Below are positions 28,524 to 37,811 of a stretch of DNA of 64,000 nt, piece by piece. A model generated the notes under the pieces. The model was not told where the DNA came from. It ran no database searches and worked only from the letters and a program-made list of their open reading frames with translations. Source of the DNA: a virus; IMG/VR virus record IMGVR_UViG_3300033148_008025, positions 1 through 64,000 of that record; one strand, given 5' to 3'. Each line of letters begins with the position of its first letter. Within the stretch, counting starts at the first letter, position 1. Made by a program: the position numbers and the translations under genes.

Positions 28524-29314
28524 GGCATTCGCAGCGAGAGTTCTAAGCCAAGAGAGCGGAAAGACAAAGATCCACCTCCCGTGTTTCCGCTTGTAATGCG
28601 AAAGAGAAAGCCTTCCGAGTTGGAGCCGTTAATCAGCACAGAAAGGTCAGTCCGCTTCCATGCGCCCGACCCAACCTCGTGCGTATTCTCGGCTCCGTAG
28701 TCAGTAGATCGAGAAGCAATTGCGGTGGGAATCGTTGGCCCCCCACCCGCGTTGTATATCCAGCCACCTGCCTTGTGGTGCAGTAGCTCAATGTTCGATC
28801 CGGAGTCAGTGGAGTCACTGATCCAGAGTGCCTCGACCAGTCCGATGATGAAATCTGTGTTGCCAACATCGTGATACTTGGACCAGAAGTAGTTGCAGGA
28901 TATGGGTGTCCCCGATGTAGTTTCGATAGGGACCTGTCCGTTCCACTTTTTTGCGGTTTCGAAGTACGAGTTTGCAGGAGTCCCATCGGGGATTACAATC
29001 ACCTCTGAGTCTGAGCCAGTTCGGACCCCATCGTCGGTAATACTTGTTCCGCTTACAGTTACCTGCACTTCGCCTACCGCAATAGCCCCTGTGACTAAGC
29101 TGACATGCGCTGCTCGAGCAATATTGGCCGACCCCCAGTTGATTGCCGGTGAGAAGTCATCTGCTGCCCCCGCAAAATCATAGAATCCGGCAGCATATTC
29201 TACTGGATCATTTGTTTGAAATGGCCAGTTGTATGCACCGTTCAGGAGATCACCTGACTGAGGGCAATTACACTTGATTCCATTGCGGGTAGGCACATAT
29301 GTAGGGTATCGCAA
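28520..29314 (-). CDS. beta-rich, possibly virion-associated protein
   Basis: 264 aa, rich in G/S/T/aromatic residues and poor in Lys, similar in composition to virion decoration proteins. Confidence 0.5.
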   Translation of the reverse strand: MRYPTYVPTRNGIKCNCPQSGDLLNGAYNWPFQTNDPVEYAAGFYDFAGAADDFSPAINWGSANIARAAHVSLVTGAIAVGEVQVTVSGTSITDDGVRTGSDSEVIVIPDGTPANSYFETAKKWNGQVPIETTSGTPISCNYFWSKYHDVGNTDFIIGLVEALWISDSTDSGSNIELLHHKAGGWIYNAGGGPTIPTAIASRSTDYGAENTHEVGSGAWKRTDLSVLINGSNSEGFLFRITSGNTGGGSLSFRSLGLELSLRMP

Positions 29315-29343
29315 TTATTTGCGGAAGGGGATAAACTGCCTGC

Positions 29344-29724
29344 ATGAGCGTAGCAATTATCCAGCAGAGAGTTTCCGCAGGTAGCGACTTCGACGGCACC
29401 CTTCCAGCGACAACTCCTGGCGCCACAAAAGACATCAAACGATTTCCCGTGGATGTGGCTGGCGGATTGTTCGACTTTGGAATCACAGGTCCACACATCA
29501 TCAACAGTATTGAGATGATTCTCAGCGGGCAGACCTCGTGGACGATTCACAAAAAGGATAGCGATGGCGATGAGATTCTCTTGTGGGCTGGTACTATTGA
29601 AACAGATGTTGTCACACTATCGGCAGACCGGATGGCAATCTACGAAGATGAGACAATCCTGGTTCGGACAGTTGGTGCCACCGGCGCCATGAAATGTCGG
29701 GTTGCATTAGCAAGAGATAACTAA
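29344..29724 (+). CDS. small beta-rich hypothetical protein
   Basis: 126 aa; divergent from 28520-29314. Confidence 0.55.
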   Translation: MSVAIIQQRVSAGSDFDGTLPATTPGATKDIKRFPVDVAGGLFDFGITGPHIINSIEMILSGQTSWTIHKKDSDGDEILLWAGTIETDVVTLSADRMAIYEDETILVRTVGATGAMKCRVALARDN

Positions 29725-29735
29725 GCTCGCCTTTT

Positions 29736-30101
29736 GTGTGTGGCAATGGAGCCACGGAAAAGGCAGGTATCGAAATGGAACGAAAGTACGAAATCGGCGG
29801 ACACGTCATCTATGTAGACCAGTGGGGCATTCCTCGAGATGCGCTTATCACCGTATGGTGGTGTGGCGATGTTGAGGTTCCAGCCTATGTTAGCGAGAAT
29901 GGAGAGCCGGGATGCAACCTGGTTTTTGTTTCTGGCGACGAGAACCGTAAGGACTCATGTGGTCGACAGACCGTGCGAGAAACATCGGTGGTCCACAAGA
30001 CAGCCCAGCCAGCTCACGGCTTTTACTGGTGCTGGAAAGACGAGCTCGACGATAGCCAACTTAGACGATTGAACTCCGATCGCGCCGAGACGGCTGCGTA
30101 A
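29736..30101 (+). CDS. hypothetical protein
   Basis: Probable start MERKYEIGG; V-x-Y-x-D...DALIT...NLVFV...TSVVH...W pattern. Confidence 0.55.
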   Translation: MCGNGATEKAGIEMERKYEIGGHVIYVDQWGIPRDALITVWWCGDVEVPAYVSENGEPGCNLVFVSGDENRKDSCGRQTVRETSVVHKTAQPAHGFYWCWKDELDDSQLRRLNSDRAETAA

Positions 30102-30598
30102 ACCATAGAGACTTGGCAGGGACCTATTGGAACCGACACCAAGACTCCGATGCCACACAGAGAAGGCGAGCTATGAGCAGGGGGGAATCTTCGGTAGTGT
30201 TGCGCTTTGCACTTAGAAAGATCAGGTCTGCCAAGGCACCCTGCTTTTTCTGTGCGGAATTCGAATGCGACCAAGTGTTTATGGCAAAGTCGCAAACTCC
30301 TGAAAAGACCAGGGCTTACGCAGTACACACTGCCTGCATATTTGACCACGAGCAGCTTCAGGACTTAGGCTCAGGAGTCCTATGAGCAGCAAACCAACAT
30401 TCATCCGCTTCCATCTGGAGCACAACGATGACGAAGAGATCACATGCTTCTGTTGTTCACTTCCACGTTGTGAGCAATTCTTCGAAGTGAGCGGGGGCAA
30501 TGTTCGACGATGGGTGGGAGTCCACAGCACGTGTGTGGACAAACATATGAGCAAGCTTACCCAGACGAGGTCCGCCCGAGACTCATCTGCCCCCGTAG

Positions 30599-30621
30599 GC
30601 TAAAAAAGGGGCCGTAGCCCC
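30599..30621 (-). terminator. Rho-independent terminator
   Basis: Minus strand GGGGC-TACG-GCCCC-TTTTTTAGC, at a convergent gene junction. Confidence 0.8.
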
Positions 30622-31064
30622 AGTATTCATTCGTCGTCTTCGAGCTCCTCTTCTAGGGCTGAGTATGAAGCCTGTCTGGCTTCGTCAACGAAATCATAGT
30701 TGTCATCGTCGTCCATAAAGCATTTCCTTTCTACCTTCCTTATGCCTATTTCGTGTAGGCTGGATGAATGGACAACTGTCCACACCGAGTGATTTTTAAC
30801 GGTTTCTGCGAGAAATGCAGACAGAGACCGATACTTGATTTTGGAGATATCGATGACGCAGTGGGGACAACTGAACATAGAACTAAGCCATCCGAGCGAG
30901 AGCTATCTGCCCAGATGGAAAAGGATGTACCGGAAGTTATTTGGCAAACGGCAGAAAAGCCTCCCAGTAAACATCCTAGTGTCAGTCAACGCCGCAGGGC
31001 AGATAGAGATCGGCCACGTTGGCTGCCACGAATCGACTAGTCCTGCCAGGGCTCTACAGGGCGT

Positions 31065-31286
31065 CTAGACATCTTCTGGAAGTATCACCTCCTCAAACGG
31101 ATTCCCCTCGAAGAGGCGAGCAAACGGTTGCAGTACGATGGAGTCATCTTCCTGCCTGGTTGCTGCGCATATGACAGCCACGTAGTTTCCGTCCGGAGTT
31201 TCACATTCGATGAGACACTGATCTCCATTGGCAAAGACATCTTGCAGTGTCTGGAAGTTCTTTTTGTCTCCCTCTCTCAGACTCAT
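31065..31286 (-). CDS. small conserved-type hypothetical protein
   Basis: NFQTL...GDQCLIEC...VAVICA...PFARLFEGNPFEE. Confidence 0.55.
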   Translation of the reverse strand: MSLREGDKKNFQTLQDVFANGDQCLIECETPDGNYVAVICAATRQEDDSIVLQPFARLFEGNPFEEVILPEDV

Positions 31287-32554
31287 ACTCGGACTGATCC
31301 TTCCTCCATGATGATGGCACCATCATCGGATTCACCAACTCGCTCAAGCCAGATTCGAAAACCTTTCTTCTTGGCAAAGTCACTCACGAGTTCGAGGCTG
31401 TGATCGTCAAGCAGGGCACCATCCTTCACCCAGATATCTTGGAGGTTGGGGGACATTGCTGCTGCCAGCGCTAAGGATACAGAGAGCTGTTCGGCACCAG
31501 AAGCTTGCGACAGCGGGATGTCGTTGTAAATAAGACCTGTCTCCCCGATGGATAGGCCATCGACAGGCATGTTTGCTTTGTCGAGGTGAGCAGCCTTATT
31601 CTCGTCCATCTCATTTAGTTTCGCGGTAAGAGCACTGGATTCGATTTCGGCTGTTTCAAATGCGGCCTTGGCAGTTTTGTGTCGCTCAAGCTGCGCCAGC
31701 TTCTTTGTGCGTTCTTCGTCTTTGGCACTGGATTCTTTCAATTCCGCCTGAGCTGACTCAAGCTCCGCGGTGACGTCCGGCATTGACTGGAATGCTTTCT
31801 TTTCCGCCTCACCAGTTTTGATGAGCTTCTCAAGGGATTCAACTTCCTTTGCAAGATCATCTTTGATGCGTTGAATGCTGTTTTGGTAGTCCTTTACCTC
31901 CTTGCGCATGTGGTCGAGTTTGACCTCAGCCTCTCTACGCTCGCTGTTCTTCTTCATGAGCTCGGACACCTTGCCCATCATGTCAGCACCGGACTTTTCC
32001 GAGATATCCCCCGGGTGGGGGTTTGACTCAATTTCGACTTTGTATCGCTTTACTGCGCGATTTGAATCGGTCCTCTCGTTAAAGACCTCCTTCCTTTCTT
32101 TCTCCCAACGCTCCAAGTTGATTCCGATATCAACAACTTTTAGGAGAGCCGCTTTCTGCTCTTTGTCCCCGAGCCTGGAAAACTCAAGAGGATCTAGGAA
32201 TCGGCTGCCGATGATCCGATCCAGGACTTTTTGAGGGGAGGAAACTTTACCGTCACGTCCTGTTACCTTGAGTGACGATGTTCCGCTTTTGAGGAAACGC
32301 TTGTGAACGTCGTACTCGAGCTTCTCTGCATCGTCCCTGAGCTTGAGTTTGATGTCTGCCTGATCTTCCCCTTCTCGGATTGGTTTCGCGGGGTCTTCGT
32401 TCTTTCCGCCGAGGGCGTTGGTGATGGCATCGATAACGGAGCTCTTCCCTTGCTTGTTCAGGCCGCCGATGAGCATAAGGCTGCTTGCTTTGGGCTCGAT
32501 GACTACCTTCTTCAGGCACTTGTAGTTTTCTATGTCAACTAGGATAATTTTCAT
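31283..32554 (-). CDS. SMC/Rad50/RecN-like ABC ATPase with coiled coil
   Basis: N-terminal IENYK, Walker A GGLNKQGKSS, central coiled coil, signature SQASGAEQ, Walker B/D-loop IWVKDGALLD. Confidence 0.85.
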   Translation of the reverse strand: MKIILVDIENYKCLKKVVIEPKASSLMLIGGLNKQGKSSVIDAITNALGGKNEDPAKPIREGEDQADIKLKLRDDAEKLEYDVHKRFLKSGTSSLKVTGRDGKVSSPQKVLDRIIGSRFLDPLEFSRLGDKEQKAALLKVVDIGINLERWEKERKEVFNERTDSNRAVKRYKVEIESNPHPGDISEKSGADMMGKVSELMKKNSERREAEVKLDHMRKEVKDYQNSIQRIKDDLAKEVESLEKLIKTGEAEKKAFQSMPDVTAELESAQAELKESSAKDEERTKKLAQLERHKTAKAAFETAEIESSALTAKLNEMDENKAAHLDKANMPVDGLSIGETGLIYNDIPLSQASGAEQLSVSLALAAAMSPNLQDIWVKDGALLDDHSLELVSDFAKKKGFRIWLERVGESDDGAIIMEEGSVRV

Positions 32555-32756
32555 TTTGCTTCTCCGGATGATTCTTGGTGCTTGATGTGAAGGTCGACAA
32601 TTTCTACGATAGCAATAGCTAGAACAACGGCATTCTCCGCGTCCTCATTCGCACTTGTATCAGCGCTGTGTGTGTAGATGTGTCCGACGATATTCCCGGC
32701 CATCCGGCAAATCATGCTTCTGTCTTTTGGGTTCATTTGGTTCTTTCTTACGGCTG

Positions 32757-33152
32757 CTACTGGGACAGTCTTTTTGTTTCATATGCACGATGATTTGCAT
32801 CTGCGACTGCTCCGGAAAATTCGCGCAGAACGGCATCTTCACTGACTCCGACATCCTGATCGAGCCCGGTTCTGTAGCTTTTGTAGGCTGTCCAGGCTTC
32901 GTAAACTTCATACGACCCATGGCAGTGTGATGGCATTTCCATGTAGATGAAGGAAGCGATTGCAGGCAGTGCTGCTACGGTATCCTGGTCGGCCCTCCCT
33001 ACCCCTTCAAGGAAGTCGTTGGCAAGAATCGCTCGCATGCAGTCACCGGTTCTTGTCCCCTTCTCTGCGTAGCTGATTAGCGAGTGGAGTAAGTGTGGGG
33101 GGATATTGGATTTGTCTCTCGGGTCAGTCACAGCATCCTTTCTTTGAGCCAC
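32757..33152 (-). CDS. conserved phage hypothetical protein
   Basis: IPPHL...Y-x-x-x-G-x-x-TGDC-x-x-AILAND...RAD...E-x-PS-x-CHGS...W family pattern. Confidence 0.6.
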   Translation of the reverse strand: MAQRKDAVTDPRDKSNIPPHLLHSLISYAEKGTRTGDCMRAILANDFLEGVGRADQDTVAALPAIASFIYMEMPSHCHGSYEVYEAWTAYKSYRTGLDQDVGVSEDAVLREFSGAVADANHRAYETKRLSQ

Positions 33153-33535
33153 TCTGTGACTTCTATGATTTCTCTGTCGGTTAGGCTACGAGGTGTTCCG
33201 TCTTCATTGGCGGCTCTAAAAACCGCCGGTCCGACGATCACATCAAAGTCGATATTGATGTTCATTTTCATTCCACTGATCTTTCCTTCTTCGTTACACC
33301 AAAGGTCTACATTCGCGGGGAGGCCTATGGGATTTCCTGGCATCACCTGGAATAGGCCCCCAACAATCTCCTGTAGGACCGAAATTTCATCGTCTGGAAT
33401 GAACCATGGGTACGGTGGCTCCTCCGGGTTTCTGATAATTACGAGTGACATCGCTTCTTTGTTTTCCGACAAGGTGTTGTTCATTTCCTTTGTTTGAGGC
33501 CTGCAACAAATCCGTAGTTGGCCATGGCGGCGCAC
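33128..33535 (-). CDS. DUF3846-like protein
   Basis: LQEIVGG...LWCNEEGK...N...IVGPAVF...G-x-x-x-SLT. Confidence 0.7.
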   Translation of the reverse strand: MRRHGQLRICCRPQTKEMNNTLSENKEAMSLVIIRNPEEPPYPWFIPDDEISVLQEIVGGLFQVMPGNPIGLPANVDLWCNEEGKISGMKMNINIDFDVIVGPAVFRAANEDGTPRSLTDREIIEVTEWLKERML

Positions 33536-33742
33536 AAGACAGACTTGTCATCGCACAGGTTTTGCGCAACGGTGCTGAAAACCCGGAGGTTTTCGTTGGC
33601 CAGGTCTGCGGCTTCCTCTTCTGAATCGAGGTGTAGTAGGTTTTTGATATTGCGGATGCAGGCGATGGCCATGTTCTTGCCACCAACTTCTTTGATCTTG
33701 TCTAGGTCTTCCATTGGACTCCCGTGCTTGTGGTTCAGGGCC

Positions 33743-33760
33743 CTTATGCCATCAGATTGC
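33743..33760 (-). promoter_or_regulatory. Copy 3 of GCA-N7-9-GGCATAAG motif
   Basis: Minus strand GCAATCTGATGGCATAAG, 29 nt upstream of the minus-strand block starting at 33714. Confidence 0.5.
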
Positions 33761-33791
33761 AGCTGGGTTGCTGGTATGCGACGATACGGTC

Positions 33792-35027
33792 ATGAACCAT
33801 TTCCTATCTGGCTTCACCGATGAATTGGTGAAGATCGCAGTAGACAGAGAGTCTGGAAAAGGAAACGGGCTTGGCCTCCTGGAGGCCGGGATGGTGGCAT
33901 CGACAATTGCTCCATTTATGGGGCTCATCGGAGAAGAGAAGATTCTCCACGACCCACATGTGCAGAAAAGCATCATGAGGTTTACCTCACTGGAATCCCT
34001 CGAGCGTCACGCAAGGCCTGGAGATATTGTCCTGATGAGCGGGCCCAGAGATCCTACCAGGCCTGTTACCACCGCAATATCCGGAACAGACTGGTCTCAT
34101 GCACAGCCGGTCGTTGGCGTTCGAGACGGAAAGGCCGTAACCCTCAGCGCAGGTCGATTCAACAGAAGAGATGTGAAGGTAAAAACTCGTGCAGATTTCA
34201 TGAAGATGGCTCCAACGCTGGCCAAAGATATGAAGTCATGGGGATATACCGATGCAGTAATTCTTCGTCCAAAAAACAAGATGAGCAATACAGACTTAAA
34301 GAAGTTTGTTGACGAGGTCGTCGATCGGTCGCGTATGCCGTGGGATGCAAAGAAAGCAGTTAGCGGGGTTGCTAAAGATCTGTTTATTCCAAAGCGAATG
34401 GTTTCAGAAGGGGCTCTTAAAAAAATAGAAGGTCAGACGATGATTCGCTATGGGAACATTGTAGATCCTGTTTCCGGCAAGAAGGTTCGAGTCCCAATGA
34501 CGTGCAAGGGAAACACCTGTTCGGGCTTAAGTGCACAGGCAGCTAGAATTGCTGGCGGTGGAGCAATCCTAGGCAGCAAGCTCCCAGCAGATATATTGCC
34601 AGCAGACTTCGTTCGTTCGAAACAGTATCGTCCAGTAGGCGCAGTGATTAACAAAAGCAAGCTTCCAGTAAAAATCCTTCCATACCTAACCCGAGCGGGA
34701 GTGGGTACCGCTGCCGCCGGAGGCATCTACGCAGCCCATGAGCGACCGGAACTGTTGGCAGCAGGAGTAGGAGCAGCGGGAGGATCTGCGCTCCAGGGGG
34801 CGTTGACAAGGCGGATAGGAAAGGCAATGGGGCTATCCTACGGACAGACAAGTCGTAAGATTCCAAATCTGATGAGATCAGTGCAAAAAACAGTGTCCTC
34901 ACCCACGACCATTGGCAGGGTAAGCCCAATCTTAAAATATCTAGCAATGGCAACTCCGATGAGAGTTCTTGGCGGGCTAGCTGCCCTCAAGGTGGGCCGG
35001 GTAGCGCTTGGCCGAGAAGGAGAATAG
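33792..35027 (+). CDS. permuted papain-like (NlpC/P60, YiiX/YaeF-like) protein with GFxDELxKxA leader
   Basis: RPGDIVL...DWSHAQPV (His) comes before GNTCSGL (Cys), followed by the lpaDf motif. Start moved to ATG 33792 (MNHFLSGFTDELVKIA). C-terminal Gly/Ala-rich helices. Confidence 0.7.
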   Translation: MNHFLSGFTDELVKIAVDRESGKGNGLGLLEAGMVASTIAPFMGLIGEEKILHDPHVQKSIMRFTSLESLERHARPGDIVLMSGPRDPTRPVTTAISGTDWSHAQPVVGVRDGKAVTLSAGRFNRRDVKVKTRADFMKMAPTLAKDMKSWGYTDAVILRPKNKMSNTDLKKFVDEVVDRSRMPWDAKKAVSGVAKDLFIPKRMVSEGALKKIEGQTMIRYGNIVDPVSGKKVRVPMTCKGNTCSGLSAQAARIAGGGAILGSKLPADILPADFVRSKQYRPVGAVINKSKLPVKILPYLTRAGVGTAAAGGIYAAHERPELLAAGVGAAGGSALQGALTRRIGKAMGLSYGQTSRKIPNLMRSVQKTVSSPTTIGRVSPILKYLAMATPMRVLGGLAALKVGRVALGREGE

Positions 35028-35029
35028 GC

Positions 35030-37129
35030 ATGAACGGCATCCTTACAGGCTTCATAGATGAACTGACAAAGGTATCATCCCAAAAAGAGAAAGAAGCGCC
35101 ACTATACGAAGCAATCATGCGTCCAGGCGAACATGGTCGCGTTAGTATGAAACCGGCTGGTGCAGCACTCGGTGGAACAGTTGGAGCCCTGCTTGGAGAT
35201 TTTGCATCAAAGCGTGCAAGACTTGGCAGCAAATCCAGTATTGGAACAAAGCTTATTCGCGGTAGTGGTATTGCAGGCTTACTGGCTGGAGCCTTGCTTG
35301 CGCCAGGCGGAAAGAAGTCAAAGAAACGATCCGTCGACCTGATTCCGTCGAATCGCGCAGCAAGGGAGATTGCTGCAAAGTCAAAATCACACGAAAAGAA
35401 AGCTGCAGCAAAAACCCACCTAACGCCAGACTCATCCAACATTAACGGTTTCAGCTATGACCCCAGAGCTAAGCAGCTGACCGTGACGTTCAAGGGCGGA
35501 TCGACGTACAGATACAGGGGTGTACCGCAAGCCACCTTTCGCTCACTCAGGCGAAACAAGAGCGCCGGCAAGACACTTAACCGTCTCGTCAAAGCCAGGG
35601 ACTACGAGTACGAGAAGATTGCCAAGAAGAAAAAGCAGAAGTCCTACAAGTGCAAGTTCTGTAAGGACCAAGCTACCAAGGGCGTCATATGGGCCGAAGG
35701 CCGCGGCATCGTTCCCTGCTGTGATAAGCATCTTGGCAAAGGCAAATCTTCTATTGATGATCCGAAAGACATCGACCTGATTCGGGACCTGACAAAGCAG
35801 GCTGGATCTAAATTCACCACCTTCCTTCGGACAGCTCCAGAAGAAAAGCTTTTGGCAGCCCTCGAGAATGTTGTCGGATCTGCCAGGCCAACCTATTACA
35901 AGTCCCTCGATATTACGAAGTTCATGAACTATCTCAGGGGTGGCGGTGACAAGTTTGCTCCGAGCATTTCTTCGATGAAGAGAGATGAATTGGTTAAGGC
36001 CGTTCGCCAGCGACTCGCCGCAGGGTTTCCGAAACAGAGGCTTCGGCATACGAAGGATGGCGATGTTGAATTTGGGCGTAGTCTGAAGGAACGTGCGGGA
36101 TCTAAGATGATCCGAGTTAGTCATGGTGGAAGCGCATCCGAGCTTGAGTCGATCATCAAGTATGGTCCCAACGCGGCGGTTCCTGTTGTCCCCGGTGCGG
36201 CTGGAAAAAAAGAAGTTGTCGGACTTTTTGTTCATAAACCCTCCGATGTTTTAGCGGAACGTCTTCCAGGATACGCCAAGAGGCGGGTGGCCTACGCCGG
36301 AGGAAAACCCGCAGTTCTTAGTTTTGATATCCCAGAGAGATTGATTTCTGAGGGGGGGCGAATTGGGGGTGGTGAACATATAGTTCCGGCAAGCCTTTGG
36401 CGGTACGCGAAGAACACAAAGATCACCAAAGTAGGAGGCTCCTTGCTTGAAAAGACTTCTTCAGATGCACAGCGAGCATTCTACGCTTCAACCAGCATCT
36501 CCCCCTACTACGCCAAAAGGCAGCGCGACAAGCGCAAGCAGCAGGAGATCAATCGCCTGTTGAAGAAAGCAGGCTTCTTGCGCGAGCGCGTCCGCGAAGG
36601 TAACTCGAGTGATCTTATTGGTCGCATGACGAAAAAACGCCGTCAAATCGAGAAGATAGCCGGTGCGTGCGTGAAGACTCTTACCTGGGGAGGACTCACG
36701 ATGAAGTTTGAGTACCTCAAGGATGACATCAGGTCTGGTACCGGGGAAGGCGGAAAGAAGTGGTCTCGTAAAATGAAGGACTGCTATGGATACATTCCCA
36801 ACACCTACGGCAAGGGCGCAGATGGGGAAGCCATTGACGTCTACTTCCAGCCCGATCCGACTGACGGCCCGGTCTTCAAGATCCGTCAGCTAAAAAAAGA
36901 GGGTGGCTATGACGAGGACAAGTTTATGGTCGGGTATGGAACATCCAAGGCGGCAAAAGCAGCCTTCGACAGGAACATGCCAGCATGGGCCTTTGGTGAT
37001 ATCACCAGTCTATCAATGAAAAGTTTTCGAACACTTGTAGGCCAAAGCGGCAGCAAGATTCGTGTACCATCAGACAGCAACGCCGAGCGCGAGCGGGTTC
37101 GCCGGGCCATGGAAAGAAAATCAGCATGA
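35030..37129 (+). CDS. polyvalent protein: leader, Gly-zipper, KTSC, Zn-finger, ART-like, InPase domains
   Basis: KTSC SSNINGFSYD...LTVTFKGGSTYRYRGVP (aa ~134-194). CKFC...CCDKH. ART-like SHGGS...SIIKYG...GLFV...VLSFDIP...GEHIVP (aa ~360-465). InPase-type YGYIPNT...ADGEAIDVY...DEDKFMVGY (aa ~550-680). Confidence 0.8.
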   Translation: MNGILTGFIDELTKVSSQKEKEAPLYEAIMRPGEHGRVSMKPAGAALGGTVGALLGDFASKRARLGSKSSIGTKLIRGSGIAGLLAGALLAPGGKKSKKRSVDLIPSNRAAREIAAKSKSHEKKAAAKTHLTPDSSNINGFSYDPRAKQLTVTFKGGSTYRYRGVPQATFRSLRRNKSAGKTLNRLVKARDYEYEKIAKKKKQKSYKCKFCKDQATKGVIWAEGRGIVPCCDKHLGKGKSSIDDPKDIDLIRDLTKQAGSKFTTFLRTAPEEKLLAALENVVGSARPTYYKSLDITKFMNYLRGGGDKFAPSISSMKRDELVKAVRQRLAAGFPKQRLRHTKDGDVEFGRSLKERAGSKMIRVSHGGSASELESIIKYGPNAAVPVVPGAAGKKEVVGLFVHKPSDVLAERLPGYAKRRVAYAGGKPAVLSFDIPERLISEGGRIGGGEHIVPASLWRYAKNTKITKVGGSLLEKTSSDAQRAFYASTSISPYYAKRQRDKRKQQEINRLLKKAGFLRERVREGNSSDLIGRMTKKRRQIEKIAGACVKTLTWGGLTMKFEYLKDDIRSGTGEGGKKWSRKMKDCYGYIPNTYGKGADGEAIDVYFQPDPTDGPVFKIRQLKKEGGYDEDKFMVGYGTSKAAKAAFDRNMPAWAFGDITSLSMKSFRTLVGQSGSKIRVPSDSNAERERVRRAMERKSA

Positions 37130-37806
37130 GTTACAATTTTTTGAACGGTTTCGTCGACGAGCTCACAAAGACCGCGGGTCCAACCGACCTGGCCAAGCCT
37201 CCCGGGCAGACCATGGAGGTGAAGATTCCTAAGCCCCCCAAGCCACTCCAGGCGCCCAAGCCGGCTACCATGGAGAGCAAACCTGCCGCCGTTCTTCCCA
37301 AGACTGCAGGTGTGAAAGACATGCTTGGCACCATGGGCTCCGCAGTCAAGAAGATGGTGACTAGCGATAAGGCTGTTCGTGCCAAGGTGAAAGCTGGGGA
37401 CTTGGCAGCCAAGGCAAAGTTTCACGGAGCCAAGGCCAAAGGAAGAGGGCAAGACCTTGCCGGAAAAGCTAAGGCATATGCTTCGACAAAGGGCCACCAG
37501 TGGAATGCACTTTCTCCTGCAGAGAAGAAGCGCTACATGGCTATCGCCGGTGCCGGAACGGCCGCCGGTGTTGCTGCTGGGGCCGGTGCATCGAAGCTTG
37601 CTGGCGAAGATAAGGCTGGCGCAATGATCAAGGAAGTGCTTGAAAACGCCAAAGGGAAAAATCGTCCTGAGTCCAAGTCCGGCGATTCCGTTGGGGGCGA
37701 GTACGGTGCGGGTGGGGGTCTTTCAAACTTTGAAGGCAAGACTGCTCCAAAGTTCAACAAGAAGTACAATCCCACCGACATGCCTCAGGCGTTCGGAAAG
37801 CGATAG
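37126..37806 (+). CDS. Lys/Ala-rich basic protein with GFxDELxKxA leader
   Basis: MSYNFLNGFVDELTKTAG; low-complexity K/A/P; one Gly/Ala hydrophobic segment. Confidence 0.65.
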   Translation: MSYNFLNGFVDELTKTAGPTDLAKPPGQTMEVKIPKPPKPLQAPKPATMESKPAAVLPKTAGVKDMLGTMGSAVKKMVTSDKAVRAKVKAGDLAAKAKFHGAKAKGRGQDLAGKAKAYASTKGHQWNALSPAEKKRYMAIAGAGTAAGVAAGAGASKLAGEDKAGAMIKEVLENAKGKNRPESKSGDSVGGEYGAGGGLSNFEGKTAPKFNKKYNPTDMPQAFGKR

Positions 37807-37811
37807 CACTT

